This document shows positions 7,883 to 18,662 of a stretch of 64,000 nucleotides of DNA, piece after piece. This DNA is from a virus (Duplodnaviria > Caudoviricetes): the IMG/VR virus record IMGVR_UViG_3300042507_004106. One strand, 5' to 3'. The position numbers and the translations under genes were made by a program. A model generated the notes under the pieces. That model saw only the letters and a program-made list of their open reading frames with translations, did no database searches and was not told the DNA's origin. Each line of letters starts with the position of its first letter. The first letter of the stretch is position 1.

Positions 7883-10002
7883 ACAGGTTTTACTCCATTT
7901 TCACAGAAGCGACACATATCAAAACATGATTGTGGTTTTGGTGCTATCTCTTCATAAGATTGTTCAAAAAGATTTCCAATAATAAATTTCAAACTATAGT
8001 CCATACAGCACAGAGAAACATCTCCATTAGGTAGCATAATGTTATGATACAGATGCTCATCACATCCACAAGTTCTTGGTTCTTCACCGTGATATATTGA
8101 TTTGTATTCTTGTTGAAGGTTGAGAAGTTCTGGTTTTAACATTGCTTCCCCAACCAAATTACCTGCCCTAGACCAGAATGCTGGGACAACTGCTTCTGGG
8201 AACAGATGTTTGACCTCATCATGAACAGTACCCATCGCCATAGTATAGAATCCTTGAATTTCATGATGAACTTCTTTAAATGCTTCAATGACTTCAATAT
8301 AGTTTTTGGTGATAGGATGCTTTGCTCGTCTTTCATTATCTGGAAGATGAAGAACAAATCTACCATTAGGGCCTAGATCGTAAGGAATGTTTTTAATTTG
8401 ATATACATCTTCCACTTTCATTCCAATACCAGTAGTAAACACTGCAATTGGATGTCCCTTCTCATGAGCGTACAGAAGCATGTCTGTACAATCTTTATTC
8501 AACCATGGTTCTGTAAATCCAGCAAAAGTTACTCTTACATTTTGTGGAAGTTTATCTACCGCTCTCTTAAAATTGTCTAAGGTAAGATACCTTTCCTCAT
8601 CAACATAAGATCTCTCAAGAATTCTTTGGGGGCAGTATACACAATCAACTACACACCCTTTCTTTGGAATTGATGTAGTAAACTCCATAGTTGGCCAAGG
8701 AGTCATGTCCCAAAATTTTTCTTTTTCAGGAACAATCTCCCCACAAAGCATATATTTACCAGCATTCTTTACAGAATCATCTGTTGCTTTCATAACATCA
8801 ACGATATATCCATCAACAAGATCTGGATGAACCCACCAGTCTTCAAAGGCAGACTCATCATCTTCAGCAACATTTGTTACCACAAGTTGATATCCCATCT
8901 TAGTAAGATACTCTCTTGACTTATCTTTATAAGACTCCGATACATCAACATAATGATCATGCTCATAAGTGATTACTCTAAACTTATACTCATCAAAAGG
9001 AATTGAAAGTAATGCCTCATAAGTATTTGCCGATGGTTCAATATCAAGTTGCAAGTAATCAATAATTGTTTCAGATCCAAAATATTCTTTAATTAGTCTT
9101 GAATAATTGATCAATAAAGCATTCGCATGTAAGACATTTGTGTTAGGTCTATGTTGCTTATAATCATTCGCACAAATTTCATTAAACTCAATTGATACAC
9201 CTTTCCAACCAAAATCACTTTCCAACAATGCGGTATTGTTTTTATGGTATGGGAATCCTCCACCAATCTCAATAAAAGTTCCCTCTCTCTTTCCATTTAA
9301 GATTGAGAGAATAAACATATCTTGAAACACCTGAGAGTGATTATTCTTGATGTTTTCAGATCCATTAAATTTAAATCTCAAATCTTTATGATCAGTAGAG
9401 ACATAAGTTCTAAACTTATAGTTTGAACCATGAGCACCTAAAGAACTTAGTTTTTCTTGTAAATAATTTCTATGGTCTTCAGTCATGAGAGAAGAATACT
9501 CCTTTTTAAGTTTGAAAAACAATTTACGGGATTCGTCACACAATCCACAAGGATACGCCGCTTCTGCCTTTCCCATCACAAGAGAATAAAATCCAGGATA
9601 CTCAACATCTATATCCAAAGGTTCTTGATTGCCTTTACAAATACCTTCTCCAATAGAAAAGAGTAAGTATGCTTCATGATGGTTTGATTCTTTTAAGTAA
9701 AAATTACCTAGCAGATAATATGCTTCTGGTCTTTCTGGATAAGTTGTAAGAGCATTTTGCAGAAGACTTTTTACTGTAAAGTTTCTAGTCCCCTGAGACT
9801 TAAAACAATTTGCAGCAGATAATAAACACTGATATTGCATTCTTTTATCATCACTTCTTTCAGCGGTTCTAAGATAATAAGAAAGTGCTGATGCTGTTTG
9901 ACCTATGGAATGGTAATGAACAGCAAGATTAAAATTATTGATTGGATCCTCTGGATCATCTATAAACTTATACAATAACTCATTCAAAGAATAATCAGTC
10001 AT
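7879..10002 (-). CDS. TPR + SAM methyltransferase + radical SAM/SPASM fusion
   Basis: N-terminal TPR-like helices, FIEIGGG...LQLDIE methyltransferase motifs, CVVDCVYC (CxxxCxxC), C-terminal CGC/CCMD/CFDMCRFC. Confidence 0.75.
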   Translation of the reverse strand: MTDYSLNELLYKFIDDPEDPINNFNLAVHYHSIGQTASALSYYLRTAERSDDKRMQYQCLLSAANCFKSQGTRNFTVKSLLQNALTTYPERPEAYYLLGNFYLKESNHHEAYLLFSIGEGICKGNQEPLDIDVEYPGFYSLVMGKAEAAYPCGLCDESRKLFFKLKKEYSSLMTEDHRNYLQEKLSSLGAHGSNYKFRTYVSTDHKDLRFKFNGSENIKNNHSQVFQDMFILSILNGKREGTFIEIGGGFPYHKNNTALLESDFGWKGVSIEFNEICANDYKQHRPNTNVLHANALLINYSRLIKEYFGSETIIDYLQLDIEPSANTYEALLSIPFDEYKFRVITYEHDHYVDVSESYKDKSREYLTKMGYQLVVTNVAEDDESAFEDWWVHPDLVDGYIVDVMKATDDSVKNAGKYMLCGEIVPEKEKFWDMTPWPTMEFTTSIPKKGCVVDCVYCPQRILERSYVDEERYLTLDNFKRAVDKLPQNVRVTFAGFTEPWLNKDCTDMLLYAHEKGHPIAVFTTGIGMKVEDVYQIKNIPYDLGPNGRFVLHLPDNERRAKHPITKNYIEVIEAFKEVHHEIQGFYTMAMGTVHDEVKHLFPEAVVPAFWSRAGNLVGEAMLKPELLNLQQEYKSIYHGEEPRTCGCDEHLYHNIMLPNGDVSLCCMDYSLKFIIGNLFEQSYEEIAPKPQSCFDMCRFCENGVKPV

Positions 10003-10966
10003 TCAGAAACTCCTCAATTAAACTCTCAGGAAACTTAAGTAAATATGCAGCATTATCTTGAAATCCAAAGGTCATCAAAAAATCATTTCCTTTCTGTGCA
10101 AGTCCAATACAAAACTCTACGTGCCCAGACATTAAAGAAAATTCGTTTGACCAAGTTATCATATTCCAATTTTTATCCCAAATAATAATTCTATGATAAT
10201 AAACAGCATCCTTCCTTCCTACTTCACTATTAAAAAGATCTACCTCATGAGTTATTGCTAAGTAATGATCTCTCCAAGGAATAACCTGAGAACCTCCTCT
10301 TAGATCTCTAGGAAGTTCGTTCCACTGACCTAAAGAAATAGTTTTAGATTGCCCTGTTTCTGGATTTATTTCTACAACTTCCGTAGGATTACTCCATTTC
10401 ACATAAACATTTGGTCTGTCTAGGACAGGCATCCAGTTCTTTTCACAATAAGAATTTGGATCGTTTGGTGGTTGAATTCTGACTCTAGAAACTTCAGTAA
10501 CAGTATCTTCATCAACTACAATCTCACACAATTCCATTCTTCCAGTTCCAATCGTATCAAGATCTCTACGAACACCAGAAGTATATAGTTTACCATTCCA
10601 CCTGAAGATTCTAGCATCTTCAAGTCCAACAAATTCCCAGAGTTCTTTATCCGGGAATCTAGATGTATCAATTTTATTATACCTTACAATATTATAATTA
10701 TCATCAAGTTCACAATAATAGTTGTGAGTTCTTAGATGCATATCATTTTCGGGGTGAACATAAGTCAATGGTCCCCACTGATGCTGAAATAATTTTTTCT
10801 CAGAATGATAAAAAGTATAATTTACATGACGAATAATTACCATAGTCTTATCCCCATCCGTAAAAATAGATGGATTCATAATTCCAGTTCCATTCGTATG
10901 TTCCGATGGAATTATCAATGGGTGAATTGATCCACCCATTTCAATCGCTCTTTTTACAAAATTCAT
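9995..10966 (-). CDS. Beta-propeller glycosidase/phosphorylase-like protein (GH130/GH43-like)
   Basis: MNPSI, GLEDARIF, EKNWMP, RGGSQ, VEFCIG, FGFQD motifs. Confidence 0.6.
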   Translation of the reverse strand: MNFVKRAIEMGGSIHPLIIPSEHTNGTGIMNPSIFTDGDKTMVIIRHVNYTFYHSEKKLFQHQWGPLTYVHPENDMHLRTHNYYCELDDNYNIVRYNKIDTSRFPDKELWEFVGLEDARIFRWNGKLYTSGVRRDLDTIGTGRMELCEIVVDEDTVTEVSRVRIQPPNDPNSYCEKNWMPVLDRPNVYVKWSNPTEVVEINPETGQSKTISLGQWNELPRDLRGGSQVIPWRDHYLAITHEVDLFNSEVGRKDAVYYHRIIIWDKNWNMITWSNEFSLMSGHVEFCIGLAQKGNDFLMTFGFQDNAAYLLKFPESLIEEFLND

Positions 10967-11012
10967 ATTTTTTAGAATATTGGTTCAATTATAATAAATT
11001 TATACCCAAAAG

Positions 11013-11381
11013 TCAATGGTATATTTTTTCTTCTCTATATTCAGAATTACACAACTCATTTATCTCTCTTTTGATTCTTGCTCTCTCATCATTTGTTTTG
11101 TAAACACTTCTCGCAAGTTCAATAAATTCATCATCAAACTCTTGCAACTTCTCTTTCTCTCTGAGTCTATCTTCTACTTTCCAAAGTTTTTCATTCACTT
11201 CTCTGAGTTTAACTTCATGTTCCAAAGTATATTGAGTCAGAGTGCTTTTAATTAGATTTAGTTCTTCTAACTCTTTGGTAACATATTCACTATTAGTAAA
11301 TAAAGATTTAATTTGGAGAATTGTAATTTTATCAATCAATTCTCCTACCGATACTGGTGTCGTAATTTTCATTTTGGACAA
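11013..11381 (-). CDS. DUF6165-like helical protein
   Basis: PVSVGELIDKITILQIK...LWKVED...FIELARSVYKTNDERARIKREIN. Confidence 0.65.
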   Translation of the reverse strand: MSKMKITTPVSVGELIDKITILQIKSLFTNSEYVTKELEELNLIKSTLTQYTLEHEVKLREVNEKLWKVEDRLREKEKLQEFDDEFIELARSVYKTNDERARIKREINELCNSEYREEKIYH

Positions 11382-12901
11382 TTGGTTTGAATATAATTCA
11401 GCAAAACTTCATTCTTACAAATAACTCCCAAACCAAAAGAGTGATCAATGTTAAACTTAGGAAGATCAATTTCTTCAAAGAACTTCTTCACCCCATACAC
11501 TTTACCATCATGAGTTTCAACAGAAGTATCATGAAGAAGGACAACGCCATCATCACTTAGAAACTTACTCCAGGTTTCAAAATCTTTTTTCACATCTTCA
11601 TAATGGTGACTACCATCAATGTGAAGAATATCAATTTTCTTATCCCAAGTTTTTGCTACTTCATCAAAGGTTCCTTCAATAAAAGTTATATTATCTTGAA
11701 GATGCAGTTTCTCTCTCTTCATTGTTACAAATGTGTATTTTGTTTTATCTTTATCAAGTCCAATAAAGTCATCACCGACAAAGTTATCTACACCGTACAC
11801 ATGCCCGATTCTTGGAAGGGAAAATGAGAAGGTAGAGTAACCATAATCAACGCCAAGATCAACAACAATCTGTGGGTTAACAAACCTTACCAACCACTCA
11901 GCAAAGTTTCTATGGCCTCTCCAAGCAGTTGCTGGAGTGTCGTCAAGGTTGGTTAAGAAAAGTTTATCAATAGCATCTGTCCTTTCTTTAATTCCCAGAG
12001 TTTCTTGAGCAAATCCAGAAGCAAAGACAATAATGTTTGGATTTCTTACCAGTTTACCAATTTCAAGTAGATGAGTAAATGCTTTACCCATACTATCACC
12101 ACCCATGTTCATTGCTTCACTTACAGCATGGAAAGCATAGTTTGATGCTTGTTGAACATTTCTAAGTTGAACTAAAGCAATACTACTCATAATAAACACA
12201 TCAACTCTAGTAGGATCAAAATATGCCCTAGAAGAATTCAAATACTCTTGTCCGAGTTCCAGTGCCTTTTCAAGATTCTTAACTTCAAAATAATGCTTAA
12301 AGATAAACCAGAGATAATAAGTATTTGACTTATCCTTTTCATATTCCCTTTCGCAAATTGAAAGATAGAACAGTTGCTTGTCTACACTTGGTTGAATACT
12401 TTTTGTAATTTTAATTGTAGTATCAACCACAACTTCGTTCAGATGTTCCTCTGTTGGAATAAACATTGGAGTTTCATGAACTGCATTTACCCAAGTATAG
12501 TTTTTAGTTCTATGAAAACGAACATGAGCAGTCTGCCCCAAAGTTGGTTCTTGATCTCCTACCTTATCATATCGTTCATGTCTAAATGCAGTGAACTCCC
12601 CAGCAATTACATCAAGACCCTCTGGAAAAAATTCATCGAGATCTTCATTAAAATCAAGAGAGAATGCCCAATCAGTTTTTACATAAGAAAGTGCTTGATT
12701 TCTTGCTTTAGAGAAATCAAATTCCTCTCTAGTTTGTGGATGTTCATAAACTTCAACACCCGCTGCTTTAAGTAATTCTACTGTCTTGTCTGTACTTCCA
12801 GTATCAATTACTACTGTATTTGTAAACTTCTTAGAGATTTCAATAAATCTCTCAACATTTTTTTCTTCGTTTTTGGCGATTGCGTATAGTGTAATGTTCA
12901 T
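11369..12901 (-). CDS. GT2 glycosyltransferase + TPR + class I methyltransferase (Methyltransf_24-like)
   Basis: IAKNEE...DTGSTD...DFSKARN (GT2); VDLGVDYGYS...ILHIDGSHHYEDVKKD...LHD (methyltransferase). Confidence 0.75.
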   Translation of the reverse strand: MNITLYAIAKNEEKNVERFIEISKKFTNTVVIDTGSTDKTVELLKAAGVEVYEHPQTREEFDFSKARNQALSYVKTDWAFSLDFNEDLDEFFPEGLDVIAGEFTAFRHERYDKVGDQEPTLGQTAHVRFHRTKNYTWVNAVHETPMFIPTEEHLNEVVVDTTIKITKSIQPSVDKQLFYLSICEREYEKDKSNTYYLWFIFKHYFEVKNLEKALELGQEYLNSSRAYFDPTRVDVFIMSSIALVQLRNVQQASNYAFHAVSEAMNMGGDSMGKAFTHLLEIGKLVRNPNIIVFASGFAQETLGIKERTDAIDKLFLTNLDDTPATAWRGHRNFAEWLVRFVNPQIVVDLGVDYGYSTFSFSLPRIGHVYGVDNFVGDDFIGLDKDKTKYTFVTMKREKLHLQDNITFIEGTFDEVAKTWDKKIDILHIDGSHHYEDVKKDFETWSKFLSDDGVVLLHDTSVETHDGKVYGVKKFFEEIDLPKFNIDHSFGLGVICKNEVLLNYIQTNCPK

Positions 12902-12914
12902 AATTTTAATTATT

Positions 12915-13598
12915 TTAATTTAGATGTTTTGATTTTATAGAAGGACCCCAATCATTATAAGGATTTATATAAGTTTGATAAAAGTCATAACCACCACGAA
13001 TAAAATTCAATGAAGATATTGATAATGCAATCAAAATTAGTTTTTGAATAATACTTATTTGTTTTTTGACTTCATTATCAGTTTTAATTCTATCTATGAT
13101 ACTTTTTTGATGGAGTTTGGGCAACTCAATATTAGTATCTTTTTTTTCGGTATAAGTCCAGGTGCTAGTTTCAAAATCATATTCTGCAAGATTTGTATGC
13201 TCAAAATCATTCATAATAGGAGCACAAATATATGAAACTTCTTTATCAATATGAGAAATACTTAAATCAATAAGAATTGGAATTTCTGTTTCAGTGACGC
13301 ACACAATATGAGTTTGCATCATTTTTTCAGGACTATAATTATTTTGATTAAATCCAGGATATCCCATCAAATACATTCCTGGAGGTTTTTTAAGTGTAAC
13401 CATTAAACTACACTCAACCAATTTTGATTTAATTCCTTCTTTATGTAAGAGTTTAAGTACTATATCACTCATACTTAAACAATATCCAGAACCTGCTTCA
13501 ACCATTCCAGATTGATATAAATTATCTACTACTGATTTAATTTTAATATAATAATCAGTTGTTATGATTGGATAATTTTTCATAATTATTTTTCCCAA
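12915..13598 (-). CDS. Hypothetical protein with a possible Cys-His-Asp triad and C-terminal TM helix
   Basis: GYCLSMS...THIVC...LIDLS spacing; hydrophobic ILIALSISSLNFI near the C-terminus. Confidence 0.5.
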   Translation of the reverse strand: MGKIIMKNYPIITTDYYIKIKSVVDNLYQSGMVEAGSGYCLSMSDIVLKLLHKEGIKSKLVECSLMVTLKKPPGMYLMGYPGFNQNNYSPEKMMQTHIVCVTETEIPILIDLSISHIDKEVSYICAPIMNDFEHTNLAEYDFETSTWTYTEKKDTNIELPKLHQKSIIDRIKTDNEVKKQISIIQKLILIALSISSLNFIRGGYDFYQTYINPYNDWGPSIKSKHLN

Positions 13599-14155
13599 GC
13601 AACATCGTATTTTTGATCTAAAGATTTAACTCGATTATATCCAAGTTGTTTAAATAAGTTTTGAATTTCTTCTTCGTGCTGACCTAAATGCAACCTCTCA
13701 TATTCTATTTTTTTGATACTGTATTTAGACCAATCTGTAGTTAGCAATATCTCAGCGTCTATTCCCTCAATATCAAGAAGTAACCAATCCAATGATTTAA
13801 TTTCATACTTATCGAATAATTGTTCAATGGTCACACAAGGAATATCAAAATTACACAAACCCTCTAAAGGATAATAAACCAATACATGTTCTTTAACTAA
13901 AGATGCTACATGATACATTGGTCCATCATTCTCATGATAGTATATTTTTACACTATCATGAGTATAAGATGGTAGTTTTATAGCAATGTTTTCTACTACA
14001 GCATTTTTATAGCAAGAATAACAATGTTTTAAGTTACCAATATGAAGAGGATTTGCTTCTACAAATAAACCAAAATCTAATTCTTTATGATTGTCTTTAA
14101 GATATTTTGAGAGATGATCATTTCCTTTGTTAGATCCTATTTGAACTACCCTCAT
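13586..14155 (-). CDS. FkbM-family methyltransferase
   Basis: QIGSNKG...VEANP...LDIEGID; paralogous to the N-terminal domain of 4919..7882. Confidence 0.78.
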   Translation of the reverse strand: MRVVQIGSNKGNDHLSKYLKDNHKELDFGLFVEANPLHIGNLKHCYSCYKNAVVENIAIKLPSYTHDSVKIYYHENDGPMYHVASLVKEHVLVYYPLEGLCNFDIPCVTIEQLFDKYEIKSLDWLLLDIEGIDAEILLTTDWSKYSIKKIEYERLHLGQHEEEIQNLFKQLGYNRVKSLDQKYDVAWEK

Positions 14156-14850
14156 AGGTATTTTTCCCAGTCAATACAAGGCGATAAGAATTCAACATGA
14201 GAGTGAGTAGAATATCCAGGAATACAAGAAATCAAATTCCTTCCTTTGTTACCGTTCAATTCCAAAAACTTCCCATGATCAAAACTTGGTTCATAACCAG
14301 TTGAATACTTTACATGAATATCCTTATCTTCTTTAAGAGTTTTAAACTTAGTTGCGAAGGTATTTGTTGTAGATGGTGTAGGCATCCAATGTGATAGTTT
14401 TGTATGAAGAACTTTGGTCATAAAGTCTTTATACATTTCTTGATACTTATCCCCATGATCATAAAGAGTTAAGTATTCTACAGGGAGTGTAAATCCATCA
14501 ACTAAAATTTGATCCCAATGTGGACGGTGAACATAATCATCTTCTAGAAAATAGATAATGGTATCGTCTGAAAAATTCTGAGAAAGAATATATTCTACAG
14601 TTTCAACAAAACTCCTTGACTCCATTCCACAATCAATTTCATAAACATTTTCTTCATTTTTCAGAAAAGTATCTTTCCTCTCACCATAATGCTTATCATA
14701 GATGATTGTAAAATTTGTAGTTTCTGGATTCAAAGTTCTTTTAAAATTTTCAAAAACTTTTTCTTTATCCCACCAATCTGGACGATTTTGTGTGGAATAT
14801 TTTAAGTTTGAATAATAACAGTGCCTCAAAAATACTTCAATTTTTTTCAT
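14152..14850 (-). CDS. GT-A fold glycosyltransferase-like protein
   Basis: IYFLEDDYVH DXD-type motif. Confidence 0.6.
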   Translation of the reverse strand: MKKIEVFLRHCYYSNLKYSTQNRPDWWDKEKVFENFKRTLNPETTNFTIIYDKHYGERKDTFLKNEENVYEIDCGMESRSFVETVEYILSQNFSDDTIIYFLEDDYVHRPHWDQILVDGFTLPVEYLTLYDHGDKYQEMYKDFMTKVLHTKLSHWMPTPSTTNTFATKFKTLKEDKDIHVKYSTGYEPSFDHGKFLELNGNKGRNLISCIPGYSTHSHVEFLSPCIDWEKYL

Positions 14851-15640
14851 TCAATTTCTCCAAATCGTATTCATTCCACCAAGATTCCCAATCAATAAAA
14901 AAGTCTTTGTCCCAATCTGTTTGCATATGAAGTGCTAATGAAGGAATAGGAGTAAAGCAATAGTATCCTCTTTCATAATAAATTCGATCAATACTTTCCA
15001 TTTCCATTGTTGGAGATACTTCACTGGTTCCCATCTTGCAAAATAAATCCCAATTTCTTTTGATGATAGAACTATGAGTCATCAAAGTCACTGCTGGATG
15101 AATATTAGTTCTCCAATAGCGATCTTTTCCAACAACAATATTACAGAGAACAGCAGTATTTTCTGGGTCATGATACTCTGCTGGTTTGTTAAAAGGAAAG
15201 ATACTTGCTGGGGCACCTAAATTACAACTGAATTGATTGATAGCATGTATCATTAACTCAACTGAATTTTGTTGATGTAAAAAATCATCTTGAATAAAAT
15301 ACACCCAGTCCTTTCCATAATCTCTTCCGTGCTCATAACAACGAAGTATAGAAGGCATTATACCATAGGTCTCAAGATGGGTCAAATTAACTTTGAATTT
15401 TGCTGTATCAATAAGTCTCTGAAGAATATCCAGAAACTCTTGATCAGAATGATCGTCAAAGATTTGTAGTTCTATTTCATAATCAGGATATTGTTCTTGA
15501 GCATAATTAAGACTATCAATCACAGAAAATATACATCTTGATGCTACTTCAATCTTTGGTGCATTACAATATCTGGTTTGACTATCATCACGATTTCCTT
15601 TTGAATGAGATTGAAGAACAACTAACAAATGAGTTTTCAT
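14837..15640 (-). CDS. GT-A fold glycosyltransferase-like protein
   Basis: IFDDHS...YFIQDDFLH motifs. Confidence 0.6.
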   Translation of the reverse strand: MKTHLLVVLQSHSKGNRDDSQTRYCNAPKIEVASRCIFSVIDSLNYAQEQYPDYEIELQIFDDHSDQEFLDILQRLIDTAKFKVNLTHLETYGIMPSILRCYEHGRDYGKDWVYFIQDDFLHQQNSVELMIHAINQFSCNLGAPASIFPFNKPAEYHDPENTAVLCNIVVGKDRYWRTNIHPAVTLMTHSSIIKRNWDLFCKMGTSEVSPTMEMESIDRIYYERGYYCFTPIPSLALHMQTDWDKDFFIDWESWWNEYDLEKLNEKN

Positions 15641-16419
15641 AGATCAAACTTGGAATAAAGTTTTACATTTTCTTCTCCTATCACATCAATAGGATTTTGT
15701 GAAATTTTAGATAACTTTGGACGAATATCGTGAAGACCTCTTAAACCCCACGCTTCATCTTTTTGCTCCCCACAAGCATTATCAATATTATCAAAAGTAT
15801 TTGTGTGAGAAGGAACCTCTAGGAATTCATAGATTTTATTCAGTTCTGTTTCTGGATTTTCTACAAGACTATTATACTCCACCAAATGAACTAAGTCAGG
15901 ATACTTCGTGAGACCATACACCATACTTTCATAAGATGGAGCAACATAATATCTCCAAATATGTTCAGCACGATTGTTATTTGTGATTGGTAGATTGTCC
16001 TGTCTTAAATGATTATCAATAAAATTATCTTCGTGCTTTGATCTTTCGATAAGAGAAATATAAGATGTAAGAACTTCTGGAATAGAACGATAAGTTGCTA
16101 CAATCTTTGGTTTGTTAGAAAGAAACATCTGAACTGTATCTAAGTTCTTTCCCCAAAACCGATGCTTATCTAGAATTGTTGACTTTGGTATGTGATTATA
16201 AAAGTTAGCAAGAACTGCTTTATAGACATTATAAGATACTGTTTTGCGATCAAAGGTATATTGTTGATCTACTTTATTAAATGCTTGTTCAATATCAGTT
16301 ACAATATCACCCAATGGAGATGTTGGTGATACATAAATGTCTGGATGTTGATTGAGAAGTGACCCTAATAATGTAGAACCACTTCTTGGAAGTCCTCCAA
16401 GAAAATACAAAGTCTTCAT
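15637..16419 (-). CDS. Sulfotransferase
   Basis: GLPRSGSTLL 5'-PSB motif, R-x7-S (YRSIPEVLTS), VEYNSLVENP. Confidence 0.85.
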   Translation of the reverse strand: MKTLYFLGGLPRSGSTLLGSLLNQHPDIYVSPTSPLGDIVTDIEQAFNKVDQQYTFDRKTVSYNVYKAVLANFYNHIPKSTILDKHRFWGKNLDTVQMFLSNKPKIVATYRSIPEVLTSYISLIERSKHEDNFIDNHLRQDNLPITNNNRAEHIWRYYVAPSYESMVYGLTKYPDLVHLVEYNSLVENPETELNKIYEFLEVPSHTNTFDNIDNACGEQKDEAWGLRGLHDIRPKLSKISQNPIDVIGEENVKLYSKFDL

Positions 16420-16444
16420 AGTGTTGTTCAGTTGTTATGAGTAT

Positions 16445-17641
16445 TTAGATTACTGGGTCAATATAGGTGAGTGCTGTTGTGTGACTGTCTCCAGAACTTA
16501 CTTGTTTCCAGTTAGTTCCTCCAGAGAATGTGGTGACTGGAGTGGATCTATCAGTTGTAGCATTATTTCCAAGTCGTCCGTTACCACCAAGTCCCCAAGT
16601 CCATAAGGTTCCATCAGTTTTGATTGCTGCTGTATGATCTGCAAAACTTCCCCCAGATCCACAACTTACTTGTTTCCAGTTAGTTCCTCCTAAGAATGTA
16701 GTGACTGGAGTACTTCTATTACCTGTGGTTATTCCATTTCCAAGTCTTCCAGTTAAACCATTGCCCCAGATCCATAAGGTTCCATCAGTCTTAATTGCTG
16801 CTGTATGAACATATCCACAACTTACTTGTTTCCAGTTGGTTCCTCCTAAGAATGTGGTGACTGGAGTACTTCTATTACCTGTTGTTACTGCATTTCCAAG
16901 TCGCCCGCTAGATACGGCACCCCAAGTCCATAAAGTTCCATCGGTCTTGATTGCCGACATATGAGCATCACCAGCACTTACTTGTTTCCAGTTAGTTCCC
17001 CCTAAGAATGTGGTGACCGGAGTGGATCTAAGATCTGTATTAGCGTTTCCAAGTTGTCCAGCGGCACTAGGTCCCCAAGTCCATAAGGTTCCATCAGTCT
17101 TGATTGATGCTAAATTATTACCACCAACACTTACTTGTTTCCAGTTGGTTCCTCCAGCGAATGTGGTGACTGGAGTGCTTACGATACCTGTTGTTACTGA
17201 GTTTCCAAGCGCCCCATTACTTGCATTACCCCAAGTCCATAAGGTTCCATCAGTTTTGATTGCTGCAATCTGTAACTTACCAGCACTGACTTGTTTCCAG
17301 TTGTTTCCTCCAGCAAATGTAGTGACTGGAGTAGATACATTAGTTGTAACGGCATTTCCAAGTCTTCCATTAGCACCATTACCCCAAGTCCATAAGGTTC
17401 CATCAGTCTTGATTGCTACAGTAAAGCGATATCCAGCACTCAATTGTTTCCAGTTAATTCCTCCAGAAAATGTTGTAATTGGAGTTAATATATTAAGATT
17501 TAATGTTGAATCTCCAAGTTGTCCAGAATTTCCATAACCCCAAGTCCACAAACCCCCATCACGAAACCAATCAGCAGGGACAAAAATATCATCAAAACTA
17601 TAATCAAGTCCATTCTCTCTGAAGTTGTAAAATGTAGGCAT
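16445..17641 (-). CDS. RCC1-like repeat (7-blade propeller) protein, paralog 1
   Basis: Seven WxWG...G.LG...STPVTTF.GG.NWKQVS...H..AIKTDG repeats. Confidence 0.82.
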   Translation of the reverse strand: MPTFYNFRENGLDYSFDDIFVPADWFRDGGLWTWGYGNSGQLGDSTLNLNILTPITTFSGGINWKQLSAGYRFTVAIKTDGTLWTWGNGANGRLGNAVTTNVSTPVTTFAGGNNWKQVSAGKLQIAAIKTDGTLWTWGNASNGALGNSVTTGIVSTPVTTFAGGTNWKQVSVGGNNLASIKTDGTLWTWGPSAAGQLGNANTDLRSTPVTTFLGGTNWKQVSAGDAHMSAIKTDGTLWTWGAVSSGRLGNAVTTGNRSTPVTTFLGGTNWKQVSCGYVHTAAIKTDGTLWIWGNGLTGRLGNGITTGNRSTPVTTFLGGTNWKQVSCGSGGSFADHTAAIKTDGTLWTWGLGGNGRLGNNATTDRSTPVTTFSGGTNWKQVSSGDSHTTALTYIDPVI

Positions 17642-17662
17642 CTGAAATTTTTGAAAAGGACT

Positions 17663-18016
17663 TTAATCTATAAAAATAACAGGAGTGTTCATTTTTTCAC
17701 TCCAATCTTGAAGATATTTTCTAACTTCACTTGGTATTTCTTTATTATTTATTTTCAATACTTTCAGATATTGTCCATTCATATTTTGCTCCACAGAGAC
17801 TAGTGTATCACATTTATCAGGTCTCATTTCTTCTGGAAGCAAATATTGCGTCCAGGCGCATTGATAATTTCTACAAGATTCTGGTCGTGCCTTATGAATA
17901 CCACAACCATCACATTCCAAAAATTTACAAGACTTTCCCCGACCAAACTTCCAGGCAAAAGCATCACCAATCAACCAAGAACAACAGGCAGTGCATTCTC
18001 CACATTCACGAAACAT
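17663..18016 (-). CDS. YkgJ/CxxCxxCC-family metal-binding protein
   Basis: CGECTACC, CKFL...CGIH..RPESCRNYQC. Confidence 0.75.
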   Translation of the reverse strand: MFRECGECTACCSWLIGDAFAWKFGRGKSCKFLECDGCGIHKARPESCRNYQCAWTQYLLPEEMRPDKCDTLVSVEQNMNGQYLKVLKINNKEIPSEVRKYLQDWSEKMNTPVIFID

Positions 18017-18662
18017 AATCTTCCTCCTTATAATAATGAGTATATGAATCGAAGATTCCAGGTTGATAAATTGATTTTGGATTTGAATTAGGATTACTTC
18101 CTATCCATAACTCTCTATCTATTCGATAATTACTGTAAAGAAAATTATGATCCAATGTTTGAATATGTTTCGAATTTGCCCACCAAAAGTTTCCTGTGAA
18201 ATTATAAGTTCCTTCTACAGGTTTTGTAGTTGTCCCATCATTCCACAAAGTTTCACCAACTGGATTTAAATTTGCACCAACACAATCATATTCATCCAAA
18301 CATCTTACACATTCTTCCCATTTATCAATTACAAAATATTCCATCATCAATCTCCAAGCATTAGCAATTAATGTTGCTTTGCTTGCACCTTTCATATGAA
18401 AATATAAAATTTTATAATCTGGATTCTCATATGCAAAGTCTTTCAGAGCAATCATTGTTTCTGTTTCTTCTTTCCAATTTCGATTGTAAACAATCTTTGC
18501 CTTGGATGGAATATGAAACATTTCTTGGTTTCCATTCACACCAATATGAACATAATCAGCAGCATTCAAAAGTCCAGTTACATAAAGACGATTGATTTGC
18601 TGCTGATAAATGAAAGCAGAAATATCATTCTGGAATGTATGATAAAAGACTGCGATTTTCAT
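18006..18662 (-). CDS. Glycosyltransferase-like hypothetical protein
   Basis: YFHMKG...WR..M...D.VG...FTGNFWW...R...E.WIG pattern seen in phage glycan loci. Confidence 0.5.
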   Translation of the reverse strand: MKIAVFYHTFQNDISAFIYQQQINRLYVTGLLNAADYVHIGVNGNQEMFHIPSKAKIVYNRNWKEETETMIALKDFAYENPDYKILYFHMKGASKATLIANAWRLMMEYFVIDKWEECVRCLDEYDCVGANLNPVGETLWNDGTTTKPVEGTYNFTGNFWWANSKHIQTLDHNFLYSNYRIDRELWIGSNPNSNPKSIYQPGIFDSYTHYYKEEDYVS

